Assembly: GCA_002269645.1 (NCBI GenBank)
Contig: NIVC01000467.1
Location: forward strand, 124,001 to 188,000
Source of the DNA: Macrostomum lignano
Taxonomy: Eukaryota
DNA: 64,000 nucleotides
Direction: 5' to 3'
The notes under the pieces were generated by a model. It worked only from the letters and a program-made list of their open reading frames with translations, was not told the DNA's origin and made no database searches. Position 1 is the first letter of the stretch. Each line of letters opens with the position of its first letter. Positions 39,391 to 52,499 of this stretch are shown piece after piece. A program made the position numbers and the translations under genes.

Positions 39391-40390
39391 TGCCCCACTC
39401 TGCCCCAATTCAATGATCATTCTATTTCAAGCAGATTACAAATAGAATACAAGTGTACCCTTTTACCTAGTATTTTGAAACTCTGCTTAATTCAAATAAC
39501 TCTTCAGTATTATCAGTCTCAGTTCTTGCTATTGATGTAACCACGCTCTGGTCGCGGGATAGGGCATGGGAACTTTTTCGAAAGTGCCTCCTATCCCGTG
39601 CACCCCCTGCACAGAGCTGTCGGGACTCGGCCAGGTCTCCGACCAGGCCTGGAGACTCCTGCTCTGCTGCACCCCCCCCTGCTGTCTTGGTTCCGTTTCC
39701 CCTGCCGCCACACCTGCCTTTCCGAAGCTCCCTATCCCTCTCTGTACCTCCCCCTCTCCCCTATCTCTTCTGTTTTCCGCCCTAGTCTTCTTGTACTTTC
39801 CCTATCCCCCCTCTTTTTGTCTCTCTCTGCACTCTTTTCCTGCGCTGTCCCCTCTTTTTCTGTGTCTACTTACAGTATTTTGTGTGCTCACCGTCTCCCC
39901 ATCCCCTCTCAAACTCCCAAACGGTGACGCAAGTCGTGTGACCCCTTCTCCCCCTCGGTGACTCATCGATGACTCACCCCCCTCTCTTGCGCAACCTTTT
40001 CTCATGCTATTGTTCTCCTCCGCAAATTTCTCATGCGACACCCACCCCACCTCCGCTTCTATTGTTCTCGTTTTTTATTCTTTTGTTCTCTTTACCCCCA
40101 CCAATTATCACATTTTCTCCGATTTTCTCTTTCTTTTGTTCTCTTTTTCGCACCTAATCATCACCTTTTCTCCAATGTTTACTTTTCTATTGTTCTCGAT
40201 TCTCCCCAATTATCCCGATTTCCAATTCCTTTGTTCTCGACCCCAGCCCCATTGTTCTAAATGTTTGCTTGCGCAACACTTTCGCGACATCCCGCTGCGC
40301 CAATTATCCCCCACCCCACCTCCGGATTGCGCAATTCTCCCATTTCTCATGTTGCTATGCCGGTCTCATGCTTCTCATCATGACTCATTC

Positions 40391-40471
40391 TGACGTCATT
40401 CTGCCGGCAGCCAATCAGAGAGAGGGAGTCATGGAAACGACCTTGGAGCGGCGGCTGGGAAGGCTATAAAA
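40391..40471 (+). promoter_or_regulatory. LTR-type Pol II promoter motifs: CRE, CCAAT and TATA
   Basis: TGACGTCA 40391-40398, CCAAT 40411-40415, TATAAAA 40465-40471. CRE and CCAAT are conserved in the inverted relative (38340-38347, 38323-38327). Confidence 0.55.
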
Positions 40472-41514
40472 GGAAGCGATTTCGGCATGAGAATCCTCAG
40501 ACTGTTCGTCTCCTCGTCCTTCTTTGGACTTGCGGTCAGACATTGGTCTGACTTTCCCGTCTATAAGACGAACCCCTGCCGGTCCGCGGTCTGTTACCGC
40601 CAAGTTATCTTCAGCTCTCCAAGTGAGCTCGCCTATCGGCCAGCGGTCTGATACCGCCCAGCACCATCAGCATCGCCTGATCTACATCAGCGCCTCGTCG
40701 CTTCAGCGCATCGCCGCTTCACTGTCTGCCTGACTGCAGCCTACAGCCGCCCTCGGTCACTCCGCCTCTCTCTCTCTCTGTGCAGCTGCCGGTAAGTTCC
40801 TATTACTAATTTGTGCTCTGATCGCCTTTGCTTATCCGGGGTTTGCCTATTTTCCATTGCTTGATTAGAGAGCTGAGCCAATTGTGATACTGTAACTTTT
40901 TGCTGTATTTTACTCAATAGTGAAGCCGCCTAATTGCCTGAGTATTTGCCTAAGGGCCTAATTATTAACTATTAACTAACCTCATCATTATCCACTCTTT
41001 CACCATCTTTTCACTCATGGCTTGCTAAGCCTTTCTCCCGGGGTGGCAAAGCATAAGGAAGTTTGGGTAAGCTAATGGCCTCTCCCCGTGCAAAGCCCGC
41101 CTGTGAGTGCGTGCTGCGGGGCCGTGTGTGCGTGCAGTAGAGGGATTAGCGAGTCTTGGCACAGAATGGCAGCAGGGAGGTTGCAACCCCATGCTGACGC
41201 GTCCCTTCGCCCTGAGCAATCTAAACCATAGACAGTACATGTTCGCCTCATACTACTCTTAGTAATCAAAGTCGCAAGTTAGCCTCGCTCACAGCCACAA
41301 AGGATCCCCTGCTGAGAAATCCTCCAGATTGAGCCCAGAGTTCCCGATCATGCCCCAAGCAGAGTCCCTGTACTCGGCTGCATGTGTCTCCCCTGTTAGC
41401 CTAAATCTCCTGGTAACCATCCCAGGCGGGGCTCTAGCCTCGAGAGGTCTGGTAGAAAGATCCAGGTGCGCCAGGTCACATAGAGTGGTGGCAGCCACTC
41501 GGTCATACTATGAC

Positions 41515-44149
41515 TTACTTGACTTAGCTGCAGGGCTGTCCCGAAGGGGACACAGCGGGAAGGCGCGGGCGCCCATTCCGCTAGTCCCTGAACGGCCGAC
41601 GCGTCGCTATGGACGGAGGGTTGGCGCCGCCCAGGGAGGTCCCCCAGTGTCGCCAGCAGCTATGGTGCTCTCTGGAAAGGAGAGTTCAGCCCTGCGGGTG
41701 GCCCGAAGGTAGCGCATGAGCTGATTAAAGTTTTCGGGTTTGCACGCTTCAGTAATAGATGTGTGTGGCCCGAGGTAAGTGAGTCTGGCCCGCGTGAAGG
41801 CGGGACAGATGCTGACGAAATGCTCAGCGGTTTCGTCACCTGAGTTGCAGAAGCTACAGGTGGCGTTGGTGGCGTTGCCCTGCAGTTACTGGTGCCTGGA
41901 GAAGCAGCCGTGACCAGAGAGGGTCATGGTGGCAGCCCGGATGTCTCTGCGCGAGAGGCGCAAGAGGAGCTTCCGGAGCTGGTGAGAGGGCTGAGGGACA
42001 GCGCCTCTGGATTGCCTGCAGTTCGTGCGGTTCGCCCAAGTCGAGCGGTGCTGAGTCCTGATCCACGCTTTGATGCGCGAGTCGATGACACAGCCAGGAA
42101 TCGGGACAAGAGGTTCGGGGCCGAGAGAGGAGCCGGAGGCACCAACTTTTGCAAGGGTGTCAGCCAACTCATTTCCTCGGATCCCCACATGCCCCGGAAC
42201 CCACTTAAGGGTAATTTTGTTGGCGGAACCCAACATGTTGAGGAGTTTGATACAGTCGAGGACTGTAGCAGAGTTGGTGCTGCAGCCACTGATGGCGTGC
42301 AAGGCAGCTTGGCTGTCCGAATGGAAAATGATGTTCTTACCAGTAACGCCAGTGGCGAGAAGCTCTGCAGTGCAGGAGCTGATGGCCAGAACTTCATTTT
42401 GGAAAACACTGGAGTTGACCCCAGTGTATTGAGCGTGGGTAGCGATGACCCTCCCGTTCAGTTTCCAACACCAAAGCCGGTGTTGGCTGACTGCTTAGAA
42501 CCGTCGGTGTAGCAATGAAGCTCACCAGGGTTCCATTGGTCATTGATGTTATCGCGCGAGTCGATAGCTACGGAGTAGCGCTGTCTCAGGTTGAGCGTTG
42601 AGGCAATGCCATCGGTGAAGACGCGATTGGCCTGACACTCGTTGAGAAAGTTGAGGCACAGATCGCTATGCGGGACAAGGTTCCGCTTAGCAGGTGCTCT
42701 CATGTAAATGAATTTGACGCCGGCATCAATTAGACGCCGCGTCGTTCTAGCCGCCTCACCCCTGATGAAGAGGTCAAGAGGCGGAAGATTAAGGAAGGCC
42801 CCCATGCCAGCAAAGGGCGTGGACCTGGTGGCGTTGCAGATGAGCCTACACGCTCTGCCTTGGATCGTGTTGAGCAGGTCTGCATGGCTTTTGACCTGGG
42901 TAGCGCTAACCCAGACAACAGAGGCGTACGTAATGACAGGTCTAACTACGGAAGTATAGATCCACCAAAGCCGCTTTGGGGATAGACCCCAAGAAGTGCC
43001 AAGTGCTCGTCGGAGCTGGGCCAGGATGGCTGAGGCACGCTTGGCTTTTGCTTTCACGTGGGAGGACCAGTTGAGCCGGTGGTCAAGTATGACCCCGAGA
43101 CATCTGGTCTGGTGCGCGAAGGCAATATCTCTGCCGTAGAGCTGCAGAGGACGTATGTTCCAGCGTAGTCTGCTGGTAAACATAATGGCAACGGTTTTGG
43201 GCTCAGAGAGTTCCAGACCATTGTCATTGGCCCAGGATTCTGCTTTGCGGATAAAGCTCTGCATCAGATCCCTGAGCGTGCTGGGAGACGGTCCTGCCAC
43301 AATGGCCGTGACGTCATCAGCATACCCGACTTTGAAGACGGGGTCGGGTCGGGAGTCACTCAAAAGAGCGTCCATGACCAGGTTCCAGAGCGTCGGGGTG
43401 AGGACTCCGCCTTGGGGTCCACCCTTACAGACTCTGGTGGAGGCAGTTTGCCCAAGAAGTTGGGCAGTGACCGTACGGTTGGAGATCATGTACATGATCC
43501 ACCGTATGAGGGTAGCATGAGCTTTGCGATTTTGAAGGGCCCTCTGAAACGCTTCAAAGATAACGTTGTCGAAGGCGCCAACAATGTCAAGAAAGAGAGC
43601 CAGAGCGTAACCGTCACCCAGTACCGCCCTTTCAATCTTCTCGACAATCGCATGCAAGGCGCTGTCAGTCGACCTCCCGGTACGGAAGGCGTGCTGATTA
43701 TTGCTGAGGGGCATCGCTGTCAGCTCGCAGGACAGCAGCCGCCAGAGAATAAGCCTCTCAGTGAGCTTAAGCATTGCTGACGTTAAGCTAATAGGCCGGA
43801 AGGCCTTGACGCTTTGGTAGTCAAGGTTTGGGAATAAAGACTACCCGAGCTTCAGTCCAGCATTTGGGAACGTATCCCAGCTGGATAGAGGCCCGCATAA
43901 GATTGCGGGTGAGTCTCAGGAACGAGGGTATCTTGGCTGCTTCACGAAGGAGAACAGGGTAGATACCATCAGGTCCAGGAGATTTGAAGGGTTTGAAGGT
44001 TCTGACCGCACGAGCGATTAGGTCTTCAGTGACAATGCCCGCCGCTAGGGTGGCTCCATCCATCGAATGGTTGGGCTCCGGTCTAGCAGTAGGTACCCTC
44101 GGGAAGAATGTGCTAAGCATATGCTGAAGCACTTCTTCAGGGTCTTTAG
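41515..44149 (-). mobile_element. 5'-truncated non-LTR retrotransposon with RT, RNase H and CCHC (LOA/I-group-like), inactivated
   Basis: KSPGPDGI, FRPISLTS, FLDIVGAFD, GPQGGVLTP and YADD motifs. RNase H YTDGS..FQNEVLAI..SDSQAA..WVPGHVGIRGNELAD. CSFC-x8-H-x4-C knuckle, stop at 41607-41609. Frameshifts near 43822 and 42460, nonsense codon at 41886-41888. 14-bp TSD GGTCATACTATGAC at 41501-41514 and 44150-44163. Confidence 0.92.
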
Positions 44150-47100
44150 GGTCATACTATGACCGAGTGACCAACTATTGCACCTTGGCTACAGGTGGGG
44201 TCCATGTGGGTCCTTGGCCCTCTGGTCACAAAGCGCTACCAAAGCTATCAATCATGTGGGCGGGACAGTCTGGTGCTGGAGGTCCGTCAGGCCATTGCCC
44301 GGTCATAGGCAGCCTACGGTCATTGCCCCTCTAGTCATGCGTTCGTCTCCCTACGGAGCGGACAGGCGACAAGGGCGGTTACATCACTATTAATTTATTA
44401 AAATTTCCACTGACTGTTACATGTCGTTTGAGTTTCTTATTAAGAGAAACACAGAGATTACTTAGGGAGAAGCTGGTGAATGAGCTCGCAGATTTTATTG
44501 GTTTTGACTATGCGCATTGAAATACAAATAAAGTACCATTTGCAGACACAGAGCTATTGAGCTACGTTAGGAAAAGAGCTCAATTACTTGTACATACTTG
44601 CTAGCTTGAAATTTGAGTTCAACTGAAAAGAGCAATAGGTTGAGCTACAATATATCAAATTTGATAAAAATACGAGTACTCGTAATGCCACTGCTTGGAA
44701 AGAATTCCTAAGCTACAGGTAAGAAACTGAAAAATTAGCTGGCTTACAAAATGCATCATGCTTAAAACACGTGCCTACAGTATGAAAATGAATCCTACAG
44801 TAATCACACTGAGCTAAATTCCATTGAAAATGTTTGCTAGAAAATCAAAGAGCCGAGACGCTGTCAGTTCGCTATGGGTCACCTGCCGGATTCTGTGCAG
44901 CACCGGACCGCTCCATCGAACCTCGGAGCAGCTGTGTCAGTCGTCTGAAATTTGTCACGAAGGGTAACTAGATGTTCAGTTAGTCGAGGAATAGGTGTAG
45001 AAGTCAAGGGAATGCGGAGTGCATATCTGCACACAGGTTGGGGAACTGTAGACAGCTGGGGAATTGTAGACAGCTGGGAAATCGTTGACAGCTGAGGAAT
45101 TGAAGAAATCTGGGGAATTTTAGACAGCTGGGGAATTGTAGACAGCTGGGGGAATTGTAGACAGCTGGGGGAATTGTAGACAGCTGAGGGAATTGTAGAC
45201 AGCTGAGGAATCGTAGACAGCTGGGGAATTGTAGAAATCTGGGGAATTTTAGACAGCTGGGGGAATTATAGAAATCTGGGAATTCTGTAGAAAATTGTAG
45301 AATTCTGTATTGAACTTACTGTCAGGTTATTTCAGACTGTTGGGTGAATGTCAGTACCTGACCTGAGTGATATTGTCAGCTGAGAGCTTGGGGGAATGGA
45401 AAATGGCAGAGGACATTATAGAGATAGCTCGTACTTAGGGAATTTTCATAGGCAGGTAAATCATGAGCATGCGGTGAATTAGGGCTGATCGATTGAGAAT
45501 TGGCAAACGGCTTTTAACGGAAAAGAATCAAATTGGTTTGCATTCGAGTCAGCACCAGATCATGCACGGGCGGTGACGTGATCGAACACTTGCCTGATTC
45601 CGGAGGAGTATTCGTGATTTCCAGTTTAAAATACACAATTTCCGAGGAGCCACCGCATGACTGCTTGTCATTTCGCGGACATCGATATGAACAAGTTTTG
45701 TTGAGTTCTCTTTTATACATCGCCGGAGGTAGTTCCGATTCGCAAAAGCAGCGGTCACCGTTAGCGATGGCGAAATATTTGAATCTGCCGTAGAGATCAC
45801 GCTTCACACACTCGGTAGCGCAAATGAGATGTGACATCTCATTCGATGTGAGGCTTACTATTCCCGTACCATCATATTGGTAGCATTGAATTGGAAAATC
45901 TGAAACAGTTAAAATCAAAAGCATGGCAGGTAAAAACAAGTGCACAAGCAAGTGTTTGTGGTTGATAAAAACATGCAGAAATATTAAACTGCAGAACGTG
46001 AATCAGAATAGACTCAAATAGTAAACTCACTAGGAATAGCTGGATAGACCTTCGCTCCCTGCTTTTTTTCATCTGAAGAGGTGACGTTGTGGGTGAACTC
46101 AGTAGAGAACATTTTACAACAGCTCGATCAGATTTTCAGGTCAAATGGAAATGAAACCAGGGAGAAAAGCTGGATGCTCTTAGCAGTTCTGACTAAGACC
46201 AAACATCCTCATTGCATAGATAACTGTAGACAGCTGGGGCAATTTTATACTGCTGGGTGAATATCAGATAGCTGGGCGAATATCTTAGGAGAGCTGGGTG
46301 AGTCGATGGCTGAGGGCATTGTAGATGCTTGGGAGAATTTTAGGCAGGTAAATGACAGTGTTGGGCACAATTCCGATACTCCGATACTATGATACTTTCG
46401 GCGATACCTTTTGGGTATCGGAGTATCGGAAGTCGATACTTTTTTGACGGTATCGGACTTCGGTAACTTCCGATACAATTTTTTAATTTTCCCGATAGTC
46501 CGATAGTCCGATATTTTAAAATTTTGAGTATGCAAACAATAAAATTTTTGTTAAAATGAATGAAATTGTTGCGTAATTTTACAGAAAGTAATGATAAATA
46601 CTTCACTTTTTAGGTCAATGAAGCTGAAATAATTTATACTTTCGATCCTAAAGCAAGTTATTAGAACTTTTAACATAGCCTGCGCTCATACATACTTTTT
46701 TAATTAGCTTATAGTAATTAGTAATTATCATTAAAATGATATTATTTAGTCAATTATCATGCTGCAAGTTTGCCGATCGATTCTACAATTTCTACAATAG
46801 CAAATACACTAGTGCTACGCTAGTAACTCAAGCAATCTAGTGAACGATGCGTACATATACAAACATACGTGCATGCGTACATGCACACAGCAATAAATAA
46901 ATAAATCCACTATTTTGGAAGCATTTATTGGAAGGACAAGTTGAGTAAAGGGAAGAGAAGTGACGCGATTTACTTAGGTTTACATGTATAGAGAGCGGAG
47001 GGGCGATGTGTTGTCCAATCAGAGGTAAGGCTTTATAGTCTCTACCTCGGCTTAAAGCATTCGGTCTGGCTGAGTACATGTGTACATGTAAGTGCGCTCA

Positions 47101-47742
47101 ACCCAAAAAACAAGGCTGAGGTTAAGCCTACTTCAAGGCTAAGCTTGCTTCATGTGCCTGAACAATCTAGGAGAAGGTCTGAGAGGCTTAAATTATCATC
47201 ATCATCATCATCACAATCATTATCACATCATCATTCACATTCACAATCACATCACAATCACAATATACTTATACTAAATCTCTAAGGTCTGTCTGACCGG
47301 TATTCCAGTCTACAGCCTGAATTCTTGAACCGATTTTTTCAAACTTTCTTTATTCGATTGCCAATGGGAAGTTGGTTAAATATTCGAAAAACGAGTTTTT
47401 TTAATGCTTTCAATGGAAAGCTAGAAAAGGTCAAAATCTCACTAACTGAATTTCAATTCCAATTAAGATTGCGCCACAACTTTTCTCTGTTCACTGTGTA
47501 CGCCTCAATACTGGCTGCAATAAGGGCCGGAGAGGAAAATAATGCTCAGTGGCTTGCGTGTTTACATTCTGACCCTGGCTGACTGGCGGACTGCATAGAC
47601 AATTGCTATTTATAGATTTCACTCAACTGTGTATTGGCTCTGCCTGCATACAACATGTGCACACTGAGCAGCCTATCAGTGCTATGTATTTGACTGCAGT
47701 GCCAAAGCATATATGGCTGATTTTTGCGCCCTCCGATCAGTA

Positions 47743-47823
47743 GGCGGAATAGCCGCAGTGTAGGCACTAGGACTAGGTATAGGCTAGGCGTAAGGTCCAA
47801 GGTTCGAGTCTGCCTCTTCGGCA
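47743..47823 (+). other. tRNA-derived (SINE-head-like) degenerate sequence
   Basis: A-box-like TAGCCGCAGTG and B-box GGTTCGAGTC (47801-47810), with an imperfect acceptor-stem-like pairing. Does not look like an intact tRNA. Confidence 0.4.
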
Positions 47824-48779
47824 AATGATTAAAATTAAATTAATTTATTCATTTAAACCTTGTGCCTCAACTAATTGGAATATTTTTGTTTAATTCCCAA
47901 GGCACACTTAATGAATAATTTTTGCCATACAAAATTATTTAAGTTCACTAAGAGAAAATTTGATTTGTAAAAAACTGCTTCGAGTATTACTCATCGCATT
48001 AATGGGTATTGCCTAGCTCCATGAAAGTATGAAAATGCTAAGCTGCTAAATTTATTGTTAAAATGAAGGCTGAATTGTGAAATTGTGTATCGAAAATTGA
48101 TTAGTGAACCGTAATAAATGCTGAGAAAAAATCAGATTCTTGAAAGAATCCTTTATTTCAGCTGAGGATACTGAGGAGCCGGCTGAGAGGAGAACTGCAG
48201 ACTGCTGAGGGGAACTGCAGATTGGCGAAAAGATCATTCATGCAGACTGCAAAGGGGATAAACTGCTGAAGTAATTCCTCTAGCCTTATAAGCGTATAGC
48301 TGAAAACTGCTGAGAGGGACTACAGTTTAAGTGATTAAGTGCAGGTTGTTTAGGGGATTACTGTGGACTGCTGAGTGAATTATTGTGGTTTGCTGAGGGG
48401 ACAGTTCTAGGCTGCAGAGGGGATAAATGCTTAATGTGGTAAAAGTTATAAATTCTGCAAATGGGATAACTCCAGGCTGCTAAGATAATGACTGCAGTCT
48501 GTTTTGTGGGATTAGAAGGGATAATTTCAGGTTGTTTTGGGGGATATCTCAGGAATTGCTGAGATGTCATGGCTTTTTGGGGCAATTTGGGGCAGGATAT
48601 GATCTTTGCCCCAGACTTATGAACGTATGGCTGCAAACTGCTGAAGTGGTAACTGTGGACTACTGTGGACTGCGAAGTAAATTTTTGTTTGCTGTGGGGT
48701 CAATTCTATGCCGCTAGAGTATGACTGCAGTATGTTTTTTGGGATTTGAAGGGATAATTTCAGGTTGTTGTGGAGACAT

Positions 48780-49140
48780 CTCAGGAATTGCTGAGATGCC
48801 AAAGCTTTTTGGTTGAATTGCTGAGATGTCATGGCTTATTGAGAGAATTGCTGAGATGTCAAGGCTTATTGGGAGAATTGCTGAGATGTGATAGCTTTTT
48901 GAGGTAATTTCTGAGATTTCAAGGCTCACGGGAAATTGCTCAGATGTCAAGGCTTACTGAGGGAATTCTTGAGATGTCAAGGCTTACTGAGGGAATTACT
49001 GACATTTTAAGGCTTACTGGGGAATTGCTGAGATGTCAAGGCTTACTGGCCTGGGAGAATTGCGTAAATGTCAAGGTTCGAGTTTAATTGCTGCGATGTC
49101 GATGCTTACTGAGGGAATTGCTGAGATATCAAGGCTCATG
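48780..49140. repeat. Degenerate about 22-bp tandem repeat (gaattgctgagatgtcaaggctt) inside the hAT element
   Basis: About 12 imperfect units. Confidence 0.8.
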
Positions 49141-52100
49141 GGGATGGCTGAATTGTTGGGGGAGGGGGTTAGGTTGTTGAGCGATTGTAAGATGGTCAAG
49201 TACTTGTAGCTCATTTAATTCAGATAATAATGAAATAGTACACACAAGTGATGCTGAATTCTGCTGATAGGAAATACCAGCGTATTTATTAAGGTTTGAT
49301 TCTTTGAGTTAGGCTAATAAAGAGGGGGTTCAACTAGCCTGCGGACCAGAATTGGCCAGGCCAATGACGATATGCACTAAGAGTTCGTGCTTGAAAGGAT
49401 AAGCACTATTTACTGATTGAAGGGTGTTGGGCTGATAAAGGAAACTTTTTTGCTGGGGAAAGTTTTGATTCATGGCAATTTATTTTTGTTAAAAATAAGA
49501 AAAATTAAATTTCTGATTAATGGAAATGGAAAGTAATGGTTACTCTTGGGCCAAAATGGCAAAGCGGGGGGCTGAATGGCTAGTATGCATCTAAATTCGG
49601 TAAGCATTGTTTTTGCAAACACTGGGTATCGGAATAGAGTATCGGAATTAGGGTATCGCCGATGCTCAAATTTGGGTATCAGACTTTCAGGTATCGGCGA
49701 TATTTTTTTCAGAAAGGGTATCAGAGTATCGGTTTTCACAGATACTTTTTTTGAGTATCGTGCCCAACACTGGTAAATCATGAGCATGCGGTGAATTGGG
49801 GCTGATCGATTAAGAATTGGCAAACGCATTCGAGTCAGCACCAGCTCATGCACAGGCCGTGAGGTGACCGAACACTTGCCTGATTCCGGAGGAGTATTCG
49901 TGATTTCCAGTTTAAAATACACAATTCCCCAGGGACTACCGCATGACTGCTTGTCATTTTGCTGACATAGATATGAACAAGTTTCGTTGAGTTGTGCCTT
50001 ATCGGTCGCCGGAGGTAGTTCCGATTTACAAAACTCCGTTAGTTTCCGTTAGGTCACCGTTAGCGATGGCGAAATATTTGAATCTGCCGTAGAGATCACG
50101 CTTCACACACTCGGTAGCGCAAATGAGGTGTGACATCTCATTCGATGTGAGGCTTACTATTCCCGTACCATCATATTTGTAGCATTGAATTGGAGAATCT
50201 AAAACAGTTAAAATGAAATGCATTGAGGGTAAGAACAAGTGCACAAGCAAGTGTTTGTGGTTGATAAAAACATTCAGAAATATTAAACTGCACAAGATGA
50301 ATCAGAATAGACTCAAATAGTAAACTCACTAGGAATAGCTGGATAGACCTTCGCTCCCTGCTTCTTTTTATCTGAAGAGGTGACATTGTGGATGAACTCA
50401 ATAGAGAACACTTTAAATCAGCTCGAACAGATTTTCAAGTCAGGTGGAAATGAAACCAGGGAAAAAAGCTGGATGCTCTTAGCAGTTCTGACTAAGACCA
50501 AACATCCTCATTGCATAGATAACTGTAGACAGCTGGGGCAGTTTTATACTGCTGGGTGAATATCAGATAGCTGGGCGAATATCTTAGGAGAGCTGGGTGA
50601 ATCGATGGCTGAGGGCATTGTAGATGCTTGGGAGAATTGTAGGCAGGTAAATCATGAGCATGCGGTGAATTGGGGCTGATCGATTGAGAATTGGCAAACG
50701 GCTTTTAACGGAAAGAATCAAATTGGTTTGCATTCGAGTCAGCACTAGCTCATGCACAGGCCGTGAGGTGACCGAACACTTGCCTGATTCCGGAGGAGTA
50801 TTCGTGATTTCCAGTTTAAAATACACAATTCCCCAGGGACTACCGCATGACTGCTTGTCATTTTGCTGACATCGATATGAACAAGTTTCGCTGAGTTGTG
50901 CCTTATCGGTTGCCGGAGGTAGTTCCGATTTACAAAAGCAGCGGTCACCGTTAGCGATGGCGAAATATTTGAATCTGGCATAGACATTCTTCACACACTC
51001 GGTTGCGCAAATGAGGTGTGACATCTTTTTAGATGTCAGTTGAAGATTCATTACATTAGAAATTTTGAAATTGTAGCATGCAAATGGCAAGTCTAAAACA
51101 GTTGAAATCAGATGCATTGCAGGTGAGAACAAGTGTACAAGCAAGCGGTTGTGTTACAAAAAAGCAGAAATATTAAACTGCACAAGATGAATCAGAATGA
51201 ACTCAAATAGTTAACTCACCTGGAATAGCTGGATAGACCTTCGCTCCCTGCTCGTATTTATCTGAAAAGACAAAGTTGTGGGTGAACTCAGAAGAGAACA
51301 TTTTACATCAGCTCAAATATATTTTAAGGTCAGGTGGAAATGAAATTAGGGAGAAAAGCTGGAAGCTCTTGGCAGTTCTGACAAAGACCAAAACGTCTCC
51401 ATAGTAACTGTAGCAGTCGGTATAATTTTATACTGTTGAGTGAACGTCAAATAGCTGGGCGAATATCGTATAAGAGCGGGGTGAATGGAAGATGGCTGAG
51501 GCACACTTGCTGTTTCCGGAGGAGTATTTGATGTGGTCAGATTTGAATACACGAATCCTATTGGGCTACCGCATGATTGCTTGTCATTTTGTTGACATCG
51601 ATACCAGCAAACATGTTCGCCATCATATTTATAAATCGCCGGAGGTAGTTCCGATCTACAGTAGCACCGGCTACCGTTAGTGATGGCGAAATATTTGTAC
51701 ATGTCGTTGACAGTACGCCTCACACACTCGGTAGCGCAAATAAGGTGTGACATCTTATTAGATTTTAGTACTGGATGATCATTCCGGTAATCGTTCTTAT
51801 TAAAGAAGTAGCATGCAACTGAAGAATCTAAAACAGTTAAAATTAAACACACAGCAGGTGAGAACAAGTGCACAAGCCAGCGTTTTTGGTTTATAGTAAC
51901 TCACCCACTTAAACTCAAACTCACCCGAAATAGCTAGATAGACCTTCGCTCCCTGCTTCTTTTTATCTAAAATGCAAAATCGTTATTCAATTGTTATAGA
52001 AAGCAGGGCAATTAAAAGACAAGTGGGGAATTGCAGACAGCAGGGGAATTGTAGATAGCTGGGGAATTGTAGACAGCTGAGGAATCGTAGACAGCAGCGC

Positions 52101-52499
52101 AATTAAAGACAGCAGGGCAATTAAAGACAGCCTTGGAATTGTAGACGGCTGGGGAAATTTAGACAGCAAGGCATTGTAGACGCAGGAGATGATACGTATC
52201 TCGCTAAAACTACCGGATCACTTATGACACAAAGGCAAGATAAGTGATTTCATAATGACAGATCACAGACCAGGGTGAAGTTGCTCTACTGAAGTAAGAA
52301 ATTTGTAATTCAACTCAAAATCTGACTGGTGTCTCACCTGGATCTTCCGAAGTGCTTTTGCCTTTCGAAGTCTCCTGGCTAGTCGGAGCTGCATTAGTCC
52401 CAGCTGAAAAGTGGCAGTTATATCTTGACTGCAGCTTAGCATGAGCACAAGTTAAAGTGCAAAGTCTTTTGGAGTGAATGTTTGTACACAATTTGGGAA

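Larger units (their letters stand above)
39533..44386 (+). mobile_element. Solo-LTR-like element (about 2.2 kb without the nested LINE)
   Basis: Termini TGATGTAACC...GGTTACATCA (TG..CA) with 4-bp TSD CTAT (39529-39532 and 44387-44390). Flanks rejoin into sequence homologous to about 9830-9960. Contains internal promoter motifs. Confidence 0.7.
46356..49772. mobile_element. 3.4-kb non-autonomous hAT-type element in an intron of paralog 3
   Basis: TIRs CAGTGTTGGGCAC...GTGCCCAACACTG. 8-bp TSD GTAAATGA/GTAAATCA (one mismatch). The empty site ggcaggtaaatcatgagc is present in sister introns. Subterminal CCGATA/TATCGG repeats. No transposase ORF recognised. Confidence 0.88.

Noticed and set aside
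41892-43780. Plus-strand ORFs overlapping the LINE
   Set aside because: These are antisense shadows of the GC-rich RT/RNase H coding sequence.
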